Below are positions 9,158 through 19,714 of a DNA stretch of 64,000 nucleotides, piece after piece. The DNA comes from an uncultured bacterium. GTDB lineage: Bacteria; Acidobacteriota; Thermoanaerobaculia; Multivoradales; JAHZIX01. The notes under the pieces are model-generated. The model was not told the DNA's origin, made no database searches, and worked only from the letters and a program-made list of their open reading frames with translations. Where the stretch lies: positions 128,001 to 192,000 of the forward strand of contig CBDUPA010000011.1 of the NCBI GenBank assembly GCA_965368975.1, in the 5' to 3' direction. Numbering within the stretch: the first letter of the stretch is position 1; each line of letters starts with the position of its first letter. Position numbers and translations under genes: made by a program.

Positions 9158-10627
9158 TTGCACGGGGCCAATCACCAGGAGCCGACGTACACCGTCTCGC
9201 AGCTGTGCGGTGACATCCAGAGCTTCGTCAATGAAGCGTTCTACTCCGTCTGGATCACGGGTGAGCTGCAGCGCGTGCGCGCCAGTGCCCGGGGCCATCT
9301 CTACTTCGAGCTGGTCGAGAAGGGCCAGGGAGATCAGATCGTCGGCAAGCTCGACGGGGTCATCTGGCGCACCGACTATCAGCGCGTCCAGCGGTTGTTG
9401 CGCCAGGCTGGTCAACGTCTCACCGATGGCCTGGAGATTCGCTGCCGCGGCAATCTCGATTTCTGGGCTCCCGCCGGCCGGCTGCAGCTGGTCGTACGAG
9501 AAGTGGACGCCACCTTTACTCTCGGTCTGCTCGAGCAGCGCCGTCGCCAGACGCTCGAAACCCTGCAGCAAGCCGGGTTGCTGCAGCGCAACCGCCAGCT
9601 GGTGTTGCCACCGGTCCCGTTGTGTATCGGCCTGGTGACCTCCGAAGGTAGCGCCGCCTACCACGACTTCCTGAGTGGCCTCGAGGCCAGTGGCTACGGC
9701 TTCCGCGTGCTCTTTGCCCATGCAGCGGTGCAGGGACCGGGAGCCGAGCGGCAGCTGGTGAAGGCGCTGCAGCGTCTGGCTCGGGTCGAGATCGACAGCT
9801 CCGAGAGCGGACGCCTGGACGCCGTCGTGGTGATCCGCGGCGGCGGAGCGCGCTCGGACTTGGCCGTCTTCGACAGCCGTGCGGTCGCTGAAGCGGTGGC
9901 TCGTGCACCGTTCCCTGTGGTCAGCGGTCTCGGTCACGAGATCGACCGCTCGATCACCGACGTGGTGGCCCACAGCGCGGTCAAGACGCCGACGCAGGCC
10001 GCTGAATTCCTGATCGAGCAAGTCGCCAGCGTCGAGGCCGTAGTCGACGACCTGCGGCGGCGCCTGCGGCGCGAGGCGGCCGAACCACTGCGCGCGGCGC
10101 GCCAGCGCATCACTGCTGCTGAGCAGGGTCTGCGCCGAGCCGGTGTGCGCGTCCGTGCGGCGGCGCATCGGCTGTCCGAACTGGCTCGCTTGCTCGACCG
10201 TCTCGGTCGCCGTAACCTGCGCGACGCCGAGCGAGCCTGCGACCGTCTACGCCAGCGGCTGCGCACCGAAACTCCCCGCTATCTGGGCCGCCAGCGCCAG
10301 CGGCCGCGCCAGGCTGCCGAGCGCATCGCCGCGCTCGGCCGGGCGCACGTACGGCGCGCTCAGATCACCGTCGACGGCCTGACGCGGCTGACGGAAGGTC
10401 TCTCTCCTCAGCGAACCCTGGAGCGTGGCTTCTCGATCACCCGCGCCGCCGATGGCACCCTGCTCCGGTCAGCCGACCAGGTACAGCCGGGAGCCACCCT
10501 GAGAACCCGCCTGGCGCACGGCGAACTGCGCAGTCAGTTGCTGGATTGGCAGTTGCTAGATCGGCAGTTACAAGATCAGCAGCTGGAAGCCACTGAGACG
10601 ACACCGCCAGTAACGACGGAAGAGTGA
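9158..10627 (+). CDS. xseA: Exodeoxyribonuclease VII large subunit
   Basis: YTVSQL, GHLYFEL, IGLVTSEGSAAYHDF, IRGGG, SGLGHEID, KTPTQAAE, LSPQRTLERGFSI. Confidence 0.93.
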   Translation: MHGANHQEPTYTVSQLCGDIQSFVNEAFYSVWITGELQRVRASARGHLYFELVEKGQGDQIVGKLDGVIWRTDYQRVQRLLRQAGQRLTDGLEIRCRGNLDFWAPAGRLQLVVREVDATFTLGLLEQRRRQTLETLQQAGLLQRNRQLVLPPVPLCIGLVTSEGSAAYHDFLSGLEASGYGFRVLFAHAAVQGPGAERQLVKALQRLARVEIDSSESGRLDAVVVIRGGGARSDLAVFDSRAVAEAVARAPFPVVSGLGHEIDRSITDVVAHSAVKTPTQAAEFLIEQVASVEAVVDDLRRRLRREAAEPLRAARQRITAAEQGLRRAGVRVRAAAHRLSELARLLDRLGRRNLRDAERACDRLRQRLRTETPRYLGRQRQRPRQAAERIAALGRAHVRRAQITVDGLTRLTEGLSPQRTLERGFSITRAADGTLLRSADQVQPGATLRTRLAHGELRSQLLDWQLLDRQLQDQQLEATETTPPVTTEE

Positions 10628-10650
10628 CCGTGAAGAGTGACGGAGGAATC

Positions 10651-10896
10651 ATGAGCCAAGACAATACGGACGGCCCCAGCTTCAACGAAGCGCTGGAAGA
10701 ACTCGAAGGCATCCTCGAGCGCATCGAAGGTGAGGAAATCGACATTGACAGCCTTGCTACAGAGCTTGGCCGCGGCTCCGAATTGCTGGATCTTTGCAGG
10801 TCCAAGATCCGAAAAGCAGAACTCGAAGTGCTGCAGATCGTAGAAAGACTAGAAGATCCCGTTTCGGAAGCGGATCCCAGCGACCCTGAAACCTAA
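10651..10896 (+). CDS. xseB: Exodeoxyribonuclease VII small subunit
   Basis: SFNEALEELEGILERIE...IDIDSL...CRSKIRKAELEV; follows xseA; GGAGG RBS. Confidence 0.9.
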   Translation: MSQDNTDGPSFNEALEELEGILERIEGEEIDIDSLATELGRGSELLDLCRSKIRKAELEVLQIVERLEDPVSEADPSDPET

Positions 10897-10997
10897 CTCC
10901 AACAGCCAATACTCCTAGCTGTGGTAGGCTTCCGACCCCCACATACGAATACCGGCTTGGGTACTGTGCCGGTCTGAAAATAGCCGAGGTCCGAATC

Positions 10998-11768
10998 ATG
11001 CGCGAGTTCCTCGACGCCCTGCTTGCCTATCCAACCGTGATCTATACCTCGTTGATGGGGTTGAGCTTGCTCTACTGGTTCACGGTCATCCTGGGTTTTC
11101 TCGACCTCGATCTATTCGATCTCGACGCTGATCTCGACGTCGGCCTCGACGGAGCGGTGGATGGCGCGCTCGATGGTGCCATCGACGGTGTCGCCGAGGG
11201 GGCCGCCGAGGGAGCCCTGGAAGTCGCGGAAGGGGCGGGTGCCGATGCGCTGCAGGAGCCGGATCTGGACCTCGACGCCGACAGTCCGGGCGGCATCGCA
11301 GGCATCCTGTACGCACTGGGCCTGGCCGGCGTGCCGTTGACCATCTCGCTGAGTCTGGTCGTGTTGGTCGGCTGGGTGGTCAGCTACTACGGCATGGTGC
11401 TGGTCGGTGGCTTGCTACCGGCGACAGCCGAGGGCGGTATTCTCGAAATCATCCTGGGTAGCGGGGTCGGTCTGGTGGCCTTGGTGGCCGGCCTGACCGT
11501 AACTCGCTTTGCAGTTGTCCCTCTGAAACCCGTATTCGTTACCCAACAGGCGTCTCGGCGCCGAGACTTCGTAGGCAAGTTGTGCACGGTCACCACCTCC
11601 CGGGTCAGTAGTGACTTCGGTCAGGGCGAGATCGCCGATGGCGGTTCCGTCCTGCTGGTACAGATCCGAGTCCGGGACGAGGCTGAGCTGCATCGGGGCG
11701 ACAATGCCCTGGTCTACGAGTACGACGCCGAAGATGAGGTGTACTACGTGATTCCGGCCGACTCCTGA
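10998..11768 (+). CDS. YqiJ/NfeD-like membrane protein with C-terminal OB-fold
   Basis: Three TM segments, Asp-rich linker, GVPLTISLS, VGKLCTVTTSRV...FGQGEIADGG; directly upstream of flotillin. Confidence 0.78.
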   Translation: MREFLDALLAYPTVIYTSLMGLSLLYWFTVILGFLDLDLFDLDADLDVGLDGAVDGALDGAIDGVAEGAAEGALEVAEGAGADALQEPDLDLDADSPGGIAGILYALGLAGVPLTISLSLVVLVGWVVSYYGMVLVGGLLPATAEGGILEIILGSGVGLVALVAGLTVTRFAVVPLKPVFVTQQASRRRDFVGKLCTVTTSRVSSDFGQGEIADGGSVLLVQIRVRDEAELHRGDNALVYEYDAEDEVYYVIPADS

Positions 11769-11809
11769 GGCGCGAAGGCGCCCAGTCAGCCGAGAAAGGA
11801 TAGCAATCG

Positions 11810-13930
11810 ATGGAAATGGCGTTCCTGAGCGGATTCGTACTGCTGATCGTCGTGGTCGGCATTCTCGTCATGGTGGCGCGGTTCTACCGCAAGGTCGACC
11901 AGGGCAAGGCGCTGATCATCAACAAGATGGGCAAGGAGCCGGTGGTCACCTTCACTGGTGGTGTGGTGCTACCCATCATCCACAAGGCCGAGGTGATGGA
12001 CATTTCGGTCAAGACGATCGAAATCGACCGTCGTGGCTATGAAGGCCTGATCTGCCAGGACAACATCCGGGCCGACATCAAGGTGACCTTCTTCGTGCGC
12101 GTCAACAAGACGCAGGATGACGTGATCAAAGTCGCGCAGGCCATCGGTTGTGCCCGCGCCTCGGACCAGTCGACGCTCGAAGAGCTGTTCAGCGCCAAGT
12201 TCTCCGAGGCGCTCAAGACCGTCGGTAAGCAGCTCGAGTTCGAGGGGCTCTACACCAAGCGTGACGACTTCCGTGACCAGATCATCGCGGTCATCGGCCG
12301 CGACCTCAACGGCTACGTGCTCGAAGACGCCGCCATCGACTTCCTGGAGCAGACGCCGCTCGACAAGCTCGACCCCAAGAACATCCTGGACGCCCAGGGT
12401 ATCCGCAAGATCACCGAGCTGACCGCCGGTGAGAACGTGCGCACCAACGCCTACCGCAACGACGAGAAAAAGCTGATCAAGAAGCAAGACGTCGAGGCGC
12501 GCGAGGCGATCTTGGAATTGGAACGGCAGGAAGCCGACGCCGAGGCCAAGCAGCAGCGTGAGATCAACAGCGTCAAGGCTCGCGAGACCGCCGAGACGCA
12601 GAAGATCCAGGCTGAGGAGACGCTGAAGTCCGAGAATGCTCGGATCAAGGCTGAAGAAGAGATCGCGGTCAACGAAGAAAACAAGAAGCGCCAGGTGGAA
12701 GTGGCGGTCAAGAACCGCGAGCGGGTGGTCGCTGTCGAAACCGAGCGGGTCGAGAAGGATCGCGCACTGGAGGCGATTGTCCGTGAGCGTGAGGTTGAGC
12801 TGCAGCGCATCGCCAAGGAAAAAGAACTCGAGAAAGAAAAGCGCGAGATCGCGGACGTGATCCGCGAGCGCATCGCCGTCGATCGCACCGTGGCCGAGGA
12901 AGAGGAACGCATCAAGGCGTTGCGCGTGGTCGAAGAGGCTGAGCGCAACAAGCAGGCGGCGGTGATCACCGCCACCGCGGAGGCCGAAGAGCTGCTGGTA
13001 CGCGACATCAAGGCGGCGGAGGCCTCCGAGATCGCGTCGCAGCACAAAGCCAAGGAACGCTTGATCCTGGCTGAAGCCGAGCTGGAAGCAGCAGACAAGC
13101 ACGCGCGGGCCAAGATCCGGCTGGCCGAGGGCGATCAGGCCGAGGCGGCAGCTGCCGGTCTGGCCGAGGTCAAGGTCAAGGAAGCCGACGCCGTGGCCGT
13201 CGAGAAGCTGGGCATGGCGCAAAAGCGCGTCCGCGAAGCCGACGCCGAAGCCGCCGAGAAGGTCGGCCGCGCCGAAGCCACCGTGCTGCGCGAGAAGGCC
13301 ACCGCCGAGGCGCAGGGCATCGAAGAAAAGGGCCTGGCCGGTATCAAGGTCAAGGAAGCCGACGCAGCCGCAATCGAGAAAACCGGCCAGGCGGAGGCTA
13401 CGGCCAAGCGTGCCTACCTGGAAGCCGAGGCCGCCGGTCTCACCGAAAAGGCGCAGGCCATGCGCCAGCTCGACGACGCCAGCCGCCAGCACGAGGAGTA
13501 TCGTCTGCGGCTGGAAATCGACCGCGACGTGGCGCTCAGCGAGATCAACGCCCGCCGCGAGGTCGCCGAAGCACAGGCGCGTATCCTCGGCGAGGCGCTC
13601 GAGCAGGCCAACATCGACATCGTCGGTGGCGACAGCATCTTCGTGGATCGCCTCGTACAGTCGATCGCCTGGGGCAAGTCGGTCGACAGCTTCGTCGACC
13701 GCAGCGAGAACGCGCAGGCGGTGCTAGGCGACTACCTGAGTGGCAAGGCGAGCTTGCCAGCGGATCTCAAGCAAGCGCTGGGCGGGATCTCCACCAGCGA
13801 CGTCTCCAACCTCACCGTCGCGGCCTTCATCGCCCGCCTGATGTCCGGAACGTCGGGCGAGCAGCGCGACAAGCTGGAGCAACTGCTCGGCCAGGCTCGG
13901 GCGCTGGGCATCGACAAGACGCGCAGCTGA
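11810..13930 (+). CDS. SPFH/flotillin family protein (YqiK-like)
   Basis: N-terminal TM helix, GLICQDNIRADIKVTFFVRV, LDAQGIRKIT, long AE/KE coiled coil. Confidence 0.88.
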   Translation: MEMAFLSGFVLLIVVVGILVMVARFYRKVDQGKALIINKMGKEPVVTFTGGVVLPIIHKAEVMDISVKTIEIDRRGYEGLICQDNIRADIKVTFFVRVNKTQDDVIKVAQAIGCARASDQSTLEELFSAKFSEALKTVGKQLEFEGLYTKRDDFRDQIIAVIGRDLNGYVLEDAAIDFLEQTPLDKLDPKNILDAQGIRKITELTAGENVRTNAYRNDEKKLIKKQDVEAREAILELERQEADAEAKQQREINSVKARETAETQKIQAEETLKSENARIKAEEEIAVNEENKKRQVEVAVKNRERVVAVETERVEKDRALEAIVREREVELQRIAKEKELEKEKREIADVIRERIAVDRTVAEEEERIKALRVVEEAERNKQAAVITATAEAEELLVRDIKAAEASEIASQHKAKERLILAEAELEAADKHARAKIRLAEGDQAEAAAAGLAEVKVKEADAVAVEKLGMAQKRVREADAEAAEKVGRAEATVLREKATAEAQGIEEKGLAGIKVKEADAAAIEKTGQAEATAKRAYLEAEAAGLTEKAQAMRQLDDASRQHEEYRLRLEIDRDVALSEINARREVAEAQARILGEALEQANIDIVGGDSIFVDRLVQSIAWGKSVDSFVDRSENAQAVLGDYLSGKASLPADLKQALGGISTSDVSNLTVAAFIARLMSGTSGEQRDKLEQLLGQARALGIDKTRS

Positions 13931-13937
13931 GTCCGTG

Positions 13938-14004
13938 CACGGCCACGCTCCAGCTCACCCCGAGGCCCCGTGAGGCCTCAGGGTGAGCCGTGAGCGTCGC
14001 CGTG
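13938..14004 (+). other. Long intergenic RNA stem-loop
   Basis: Nested pairs cacggc/gccgtg, acgctc/gagcgt, gctcaccc/gggtgagc, gaggcc/ggcctc; no U-tract. Confidence 0.7.
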
Positions 14005-14033
14005 GGCATCACCGCGACTAACTAGGCATAGCC

Positions 14034-17000
14034 ATGAGTACCGAGCAAGAGCACACTTCTGAGAGTGCCAGCGAGGCCGCGAGCGCGGATCTCGAACGGG
14101 GCACCTACGAAATCATCCGCGATCGCCTCCTCGACCAAGGAGGTCAGCTACGGCAGCAAGCCGAGAAGCTCAACCAGGAGCGCCTGGAACTGTTCGGCGG
14201 TACCGAGCTGACGGTCGTCGGCAACGAGCGCATCCGCACCGAGAACAACTGCCTGCCGCGCGACATCGTCAGCGTCGGCGGGTTGCTGCTGTTCGGCTAC
14301 AACGTCTTCCTCGGTCTGCGCAGCGAGATCGAGGTCGAGGATGTCTTCAGTCTGCATCGCTTTGCCGAAACCGAAGACGGCTTCACCTTCAAGGCTCTGC
14401 CTAAGGGCGCGTCCAAGGGCGCGCCAGAACGGGCCTTCCTGGAGGATCCACGCTTCGTCGCCGAATTCAAAGAACTCTACAAGTTCTACAAGAGCACGCG
14501 CCTGCTGCAGCTGCGCCGCCCGGAGGGCAAGTTGCTGGCGGTCTTCCAGACCGGCCCGACGCTGGCCGACCTGAAGGTTTTCCGCTGGCTGGTCGATGCC
14601 GATGGCGAGGTCGAGTACCTGGACAACCGTGGCGAACGCGACCACGTCTTCGCTCCCTCGCACGACTTCGAGTGGACGATCACCGGCCGCGAGCACCACG
14701 TTTCGGGCCGCCACCCCCACGTCAATATCCTGGACGAAGTGTTCGTCGAGACGGTGGGTGGTGACCTGACGGTCAAGGTGGAGGACAACACCGAAGACGG
14801 TCTGGGCATCTACCGCGAACCGGTGGACGATGCCAACCAGAGTCTCGACGACGCTGAGGTCCACTACGCCAAGGTCGGCATTCTGATCTTGATGAAGGTG
14901 CTGCCGTACCGAGAGGAGACCTGGCGCTACCTGGTGTTCAACACGCGCACCCAACAGGTCGACCGCCTCGACGCCATCGGCCAGGCGTGTGTGCAGCTGC
15001 CGGAAGACCACGGCCTGATCTTTCCGGGCGGCTACTACCTCCAGAGCGGTGCCACCAAGACGTTCCCAGCAGACATCGACCAACTGGAGTTCGTGCGCTC
15101 CATTCGCTCGCCCAATGGAGAGGACGTGTTCTACGTCTTCCACCACCGTGCACAAGGGCGCACCATCCTGCTGCCGTACAACTTGATCCGCAAAGAGGTG
15201 CAGAACCCCATCGAGTGCAACGGCTACAGCTTGTTCGCCGATGGCCGCATGGTGATCTTCCGCAGCCAGAGCGAAGAGCCGACACGCGTGCATCCCATGC
15301 AGGTGTGGCAGACGCCTTTCGTCAGCGACGAGCATGCCGCCGCGGCGCCGACGACCGGCTCGTACCTGGAGAAGATCGGCAACGCTGACCTGGTGCGCGG
15401 TATCTCCGACCTACTCAGCCTGGCGCGTCGCATCGACGAGCAGACCGGCCGCGAAGCCGGCGGTCGTCGCGCCTACGAAGATCTGATCCTCGCTGCCGGC
15501 CGAGTGCTCGACAGCTACTACTGGCTGGACCACAAGTCGGTGCGCGAGCTGTCGGGTCCGCTGGCCGGTACAGTGCAAGAGATCCGCGAGACCGGCGAGC
15601 TGATCATCGACGAGTACGAGAAAGTCGAGAGCATTCGTGCTCAGGCCGTCGAGTCGGTGCAGGCCGCCGAAAAGGACCTGCGCCAGCTGATCTTGAGTCT
15701 GCGGCCCGACAGCTGGACCCGCGTCGATGCCTTTGTCGAAGCGTTGGGCAAGCTGCGCCGCCAGCGCGGCCGCCTGGTGACCCTGCGCGAGCTACGCTAC
15801 GTCGATCTCGGACGTCTCGACGAGCTGGAAGCCCAGACCGTCGAGCACTTTGATCGTCTCACCGAACGCACCGTCGGCTTCCTCGACGGCGACGAGGCAC
15901 TGGCTCCGTACCATCAGCGCATCGACGAACTGGATGAGAAGATCGAAGCGGTCGAAAAGGTCACGGAGAGCGAGCCTCTGCGCCAGGCTATCGACGCGCT
16001 GAGCGACGACCTCGACTTGCTCGCCGACGTGGTCAGCGGTCTGGCGATCGACGATGCGACGGTGCGCACGCGCATCCTCGAAGGCATCTCCGAAGTCCTC
16101 GGCCGCCTCAACCGCACCCGCGCGGTGCTCGAAGCGCGTCGCCGCGAGCTGCTGCAGCATGAAGGCGTCGCCGAGTTCGGCGCCCAGTTCAAGCTCTTCG
16201 GTCAGAGCGTCACCAGTGCACTCAACCGGGTCGACTCGCCCGAGCGTTGCGACGACGAGCTGAGTCAGCTGATGCTACAGCTCGAAGACCTGGAGAGTCG
16301 CTTCAGCGAGTTCGACGACTTCCTCGAGCAGCTGGCGACCAAGCGCGAGGACGTCTACGAGGCGTTCAACACCAAGAAACAGCAGCTACTCGACGCCCGC
16401 AAGCGCCGTGCTGACCACCTGATGCAGGCCGCCGAGCGCATCCTGCAGGGTGTTGGTCGCCGCACAGCCGCCTTCAAGGACGTCGACGACCTCAACACCT
16501 ACTTCGCCTCCGACCCGATGGTGACGCGTCTGCGCGACCTGGTGACACGCCTGCGCGAGGCGCACGACAACGTGCGTGCCGATGAGCTCGAATCACGGCT
16601 CAAGGCGTCGAAGCAGGATGCCGCGCGCTCTCTGCGCGACCGCCAGGAGATCTTCGAAGAGGGTGCCGACGTCATCAAGCTGGGCCGGCACCGCTTCAGC
16701 GTCAACACGCAGCTTCTGGACTTGACGCTACTGGTGCGCGACGACGAGATGAACGTCCATCTCACCGGCACCGATTTCTACGAGCCGCTGCGCGACGACG
16801 ACTTCGCCGCCACGCAGCCCTACTGGCAACAGCACCTGGTGTCCGAGACCGACAGCGTGTACCGCGGTGAGTACCTGGCCGCGTGCATGCTGGCGTCAGC
16901 CGAGGAAGAGCAGGACGGCCTGTCCGTCGAGACGCTGACCCAGGCCACACTGGAAGATGGCAAGCTACTGGAGCTGGTGCGCGAGTTCGCTTCCGAGCGC

Positions 17001-19706
17001 TACGACGAAGGCTACGAACGCGGCCTGCACGACCACGACACAGCCCGCATCCTAGAGCGACTTCTCACCCTCTACAACAGCGCCGGCCTGCTGCGCTTCG
17101 CGCCCAAACCGCGCGCCGCGGCGGTGCTGTTCTGGGTCTACTTCCCGGACCAGACACGCCGTGCCCTCTGGCAGCGTCGCGCCCGTAGCCTGGCACGCTT
17201 GCGAGCCACCTTCGCCCACAGTCCGGCGATCTTCCGCTTCACCAACGAGCTGGCGGAGCAGATCGCCGCCTTCTACGCCGGCCTCGATCTCGATCTCGAC
17301 CTCGAAGACGCCCGCGCTGCCGGCAGCTACCTGTTCGAAGAACTCGGCCAGGATCCGCTGCGCTTCGTGGTCAGTGCCGAGGCGGTACAGCTGCGCGACG
17401 CTTTCCTGGACTTCCTGGAGGCCGCTGGCTCGCGGCGCGATTTCGACCAGGATCTACGGGAGCTGGCCGACGACTTGGGCAACCGCACGCGTCTGGCGCA
17501 AGCGTGGCTCGCCGCCTTCTGCGATCAGCACGCACGCGACCCCAAGGCCGGTGCGAACCCGAACGCGGATGCCGAAAAGATCGCTCAGCTCCGACCGGCA
17601 CTCGAAGGCGCCGTTGCCCTGCTGCTGACCGAAGACCGTCTGGATCGCGATGTCTCGAGTGCGCTCGGCACCGCAGTGGTCGAAGAACTGCTCGGCCGGC
17701 ACGGTCGCATCGAGAACCGCCGGATGCAGCTGCGTCTGGACGAATTCCTCGCCCGTCTCGGAGCCTTCCGCCACCGCCGCGTGCCCGGGTACCGACGCTA
17801 CCAGGAGCTGCGCCACGAGGTGCTGGAGCGCGAACGGGATCGCCTGCGCCTGGACGAGTTCCGGCCGCGGGTGATGAGCGCCTTCGTCCGCAACCAGCTG
17901 CTCGACCAGGTCTACCTGCCGCTGATCGGCGACAACCTGGCCAAGCAGATCGGCGCCTTGGGCGAGGGCAAGCGCACCGACCAGATGGGCCTGCTGCTGC
18001 TCATCTCACCGCCCGGCTACGGCAAGACGACGCTGATGGAGTACGTGGCACACCGCCTCGGCCTGGTCTTCCTCAAGGTCAACGGTCCGTCGCTCGGCCA
18101 CCGTGTCACCAGCCTGGACCCCGCCGAAGCGCCCAACGCCACCGCGCGCCAGGAAGTCGAAAAGATCAACCTGGCCTTCGAAATGGCCAACAACGTGCTG
18201 CTCTACCTGGACGACATCCAGCACACCGACTCCGAATTGCTGCAGAAGTTCATCTCTCTGTGCGACGCCCAGCGCCGCGTCGAAGGTGTGTGGAACGGCC
18301 GCACGCGCACCTACGATCTGCGCGGCAAGCGCTTCGCGGTGTGCATGGCCGGCAATCCCTACACCGAGTCCGGCGAGACCTTCCGCATCCCGGACATGCT
18401 GGCCAACCGCGCCGACGTCTACAACCTGGGCGACATCCTCGAAGGCAAGGGCAACCTCTTCGCCCTCAGCTACATCGAGAACGCTCTCACCTCCAACCCG
18501 GTACTGGCACCGCTGACCACGCGCGATGCCGGCGATGTCGACAAATTGGTGCGCATGGCGCGCGGCGAGGCGTTGCAGGCCGACCAGCTGGGGCACGGCT
18601 ATTCGGCGGCGGAACTCAACGAGATCCTGTCTGTCCTGCGCAAGCTGATCACCGTCCAAGAGGTGCTGCTCCAAGTCAACCAGCAGTACATCCACTCCGC
18701 CGCTCAAGACGACGCCTTCCGCACCGAGCCGCGCTTCCAGCTGCAAGGCAGCTACCGCAACATGAATCGCCTGGCCGAAAAGGTCGTGCCGGTGATGAAC
18801 GACGCCGAACTGCAGGCTCTGATCGACGACCACTACGTCGGTGAAGCACAGACTCTGACCACCGGTGCCGAGCACAACCTGCTCAAGCTCGCCGAGCTGC
18901 GCGGCCGCATGAGCGACGAGCAGAAGAAACGCTGGCAGGAGATCAAGCGCAGCTACGCCCGCGTCCAGGCCATGGGTGGCGATGACGAGGACCCGGTGGC
19001 GCGCGTTGTCGGTCAGCTCGGCCTGATGGCTGACCGTCTCGGCGACTTGGGTGCCGGCATCCGCGATGCCGCAGCGTCGAGCCTGGCCGCCGCGACCGCC
19101 ACGGACGGCGATGCCGCCAGCTTGACCAGCGCACTCAAGCCCTATCTGGAAGGCCTGCAGAGCGCCCTCAGCACCCTCGCCCAAGCTCGCTCTAGCGCCC
19201 AAGAGAGTCCCACCGCCACGGCCGCGAGTGAGCCTGCCGCACAGCAGATCACTCAGCACGTCAGCCAACTGGCCGGCCGTCTGGAGCAGATCGGCGAAGC
19301 CATCGCCCGCGCTGCCGAAGCGGTCGTCACGCGGCCGGTCCCCGCCGCGTCCGCCGAAGCTGCCGGTCGAGCAGCAGCAGCCATTCCAGCCGCCGCTGGG
19401 CCGGATCTCACCCCCTATCTCGATCGTCTCGGTGAAGCCCTCTCGACGCTCGCCGAGTCGCCGAAAGCCCGCCACATCGTGCAGACTTTGCCTGCCGGCG
19501 TCCATGGCCTCATGGAGCAGATGGTCGACTCGATCGAAGAGACCTTCTTGCCCGCCGTGCGCGCGCTCGATCGCCAGCGTAGGGAGCTGGGGGAGAGTGA
19601 TGCTGGCAAGCAGCTGGGGCATTACCTCGACCGCACGCTCAAGAGTCTCGATCAGCTCAAGGATCTGGTGACGGCGCTGACCAAGATCGAGGTAGCGGTA
19701 CAGTAG
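14034..19706 (+). CDS. Giant coiled-coil AAA+ ATPase ('DNA repair ATPase'/DUF3686-type, flotillin-associated)
   Basis: N-terminal GTYEIIRDRL and IRTENNC; Walker A SPPGYGKTT; Walker B LLYLDDIQH; GNPYTESG. 1890 aa. Confidence 0.82.
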   Translation: MSTEQEHTSESASEAASADLERGTYEIIRDRLLDQGGQLRQQAEKLNQERLELFGGTELTVVGNERIRTENNCLPRDIVSVGGLLLFGYNVFLGLRSEIEVEDVFSLHRFAETEDGFTFKALPKGASKGAPERAFLEDPRFVAEFKELYKFYKSTRLLQLRRPEGKLLAVFQTGPTLADLKVFRWLVDADGEVEYLDNRGERDHVFAPSHDFEWTITGREHHVSGRHPHVNILDEVFVETVGGDLTVKVEDNTEDGLGIYREPVDDANQSLDDAEVHYAKVGILILMKVLPYREETWRYLVFNTRTQQVDRLDAIGQACVQLPEDHGLIFPGGYYLQSGATKTFPADIDQLEFVRSIRSPNGEDVFYVFHHRAQGRTILLPYNLIRKEVQNPIECNGYSLFADGRMVIFRSQSEEPTRVHPMQVWQTPFVSDEHAAAAPTTGSYLEKIGNADLVRGISDLLSLARRIDEQTGREAGGRRAYEDLILAAGRVLDSYYWLDHKSVRELSGPLAGTVQEIRETGELIIDEYEKVESIRAQAVESVQAAEKDLRQLILSLRPDSWTRVDAFVEALGKLRRQRGRLVTLRELRYVDLGRLDELEAQTVEHFDRLTERTVGFLDGDEALAPYHQRIDELDEKIEAVEKVTESEPLRQAIDALSDDLDLLADVVSGLAIDDATVRTRILEGISEVLGRLNRTRAVLEARRRELLQHEGVAEFGAQFKLFGQSVTSALNRVDSPERCDDELSQLMLQLEDLESRFSEFDDFLEQLATKREDVYEAFNTKKQQLLDARKRRADHLMQAAERILQGVGRRTAAFKDVDDLNTYFASDPMVTRLRDLVTRLREAHDNVRADELESRLKASKQDAARSLRDRQEIFEEGADVIKLGRHRFSVNTQLLDLTLLVRDDEMNVHLTGTDFYEPLRDDDFAATQPYWQQHLVSETDSVYRGEYLAACMLASAEEEQDGLSVETLTQATLEDGKLLELVREFASERYDEGYERGLHDHDTARILERLLTLYNSAGLLRFAPKPRAAAVLFWVYFPDQTRRALWQRRARSLARLRATFAHSPAIFRFTNELAEQIAAFYAGLDLDLDLEDARAAGSYLFEELGQDPLRFVVSAEAVQLRDAFLDFLEAAGSRRDFDQDLRELADDLGNRTRLAQAWLAAFCDQHARDPKAGANPNADAEKIAQLRPALEGAVALLLTEDRLDRDVSSALGTAVVEELLGRHGRIENRRMQLRLDEFLARLGAFRHRRVPGYRRYQELRHEVLERERDRLRLDEFRPRVMSAFVRNQLLDQVYLPLIGDNLAKQIGALGEGKRTDQMGLLLLISPPGYGKTTLMEYVAHRLGLVFLKVNGPSLGHRVTSLDPAEAPNATARQEVEKINLAFEMANNVLLYLDDIQHTDSELLQKFISLCDAQRRVEGVWNGRTRTYDLRGKRFAVCMAGNPYTESGETFRIPDMLANRADVYNLGDILEGKGNLFALSYIENALTSNPVLAPLTTRDAGDVDKLVRMARGEALQADQLGHGYSAAELNEILSVLRKLITVQEVLLQVNQQYIHSAAQDDAFRTEPRFQLQGSYRNMNRLAEKVVPVMNDAELQALIDDHYVGEAQTLTTGAEHNLLKLAELRGRMSDEQKKRWQEIKRSYARVQAMGGDDEDPVARVVGQLGLMADRLGDLGAGIRDAAASSLAAATATDGDAASLTSALKPYLEGLQSALSTLAQARSSAQESPTATAASEPAAQQITQHVSQLAGRLEQIGEAIARAAEAVVTRPVPAASAEAAGRAAAAIPAAAGPDLTPYLDRLGEALSTLAESPKARHIVQTLPAGVHGLMEQMVDSIEETFLPAVRALDRQRRELGESDAGKQLGHYLDRTLKSLDQLKDLVTALTKIEVAVQ

Positions 19707-19714
19707 GAAGTGTT

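Noticed and set aside
11969-19622. Long antisense ORFs (11969-13492, 14148-15335, 18006-19622), and similarly 40073-41887, 24384-25805 and 46509-47969
   Set aside because: Shadow frames of strongly codon-biased GC-rich genes; no motifs, and largely or fully overlapping well-supported CDSs.
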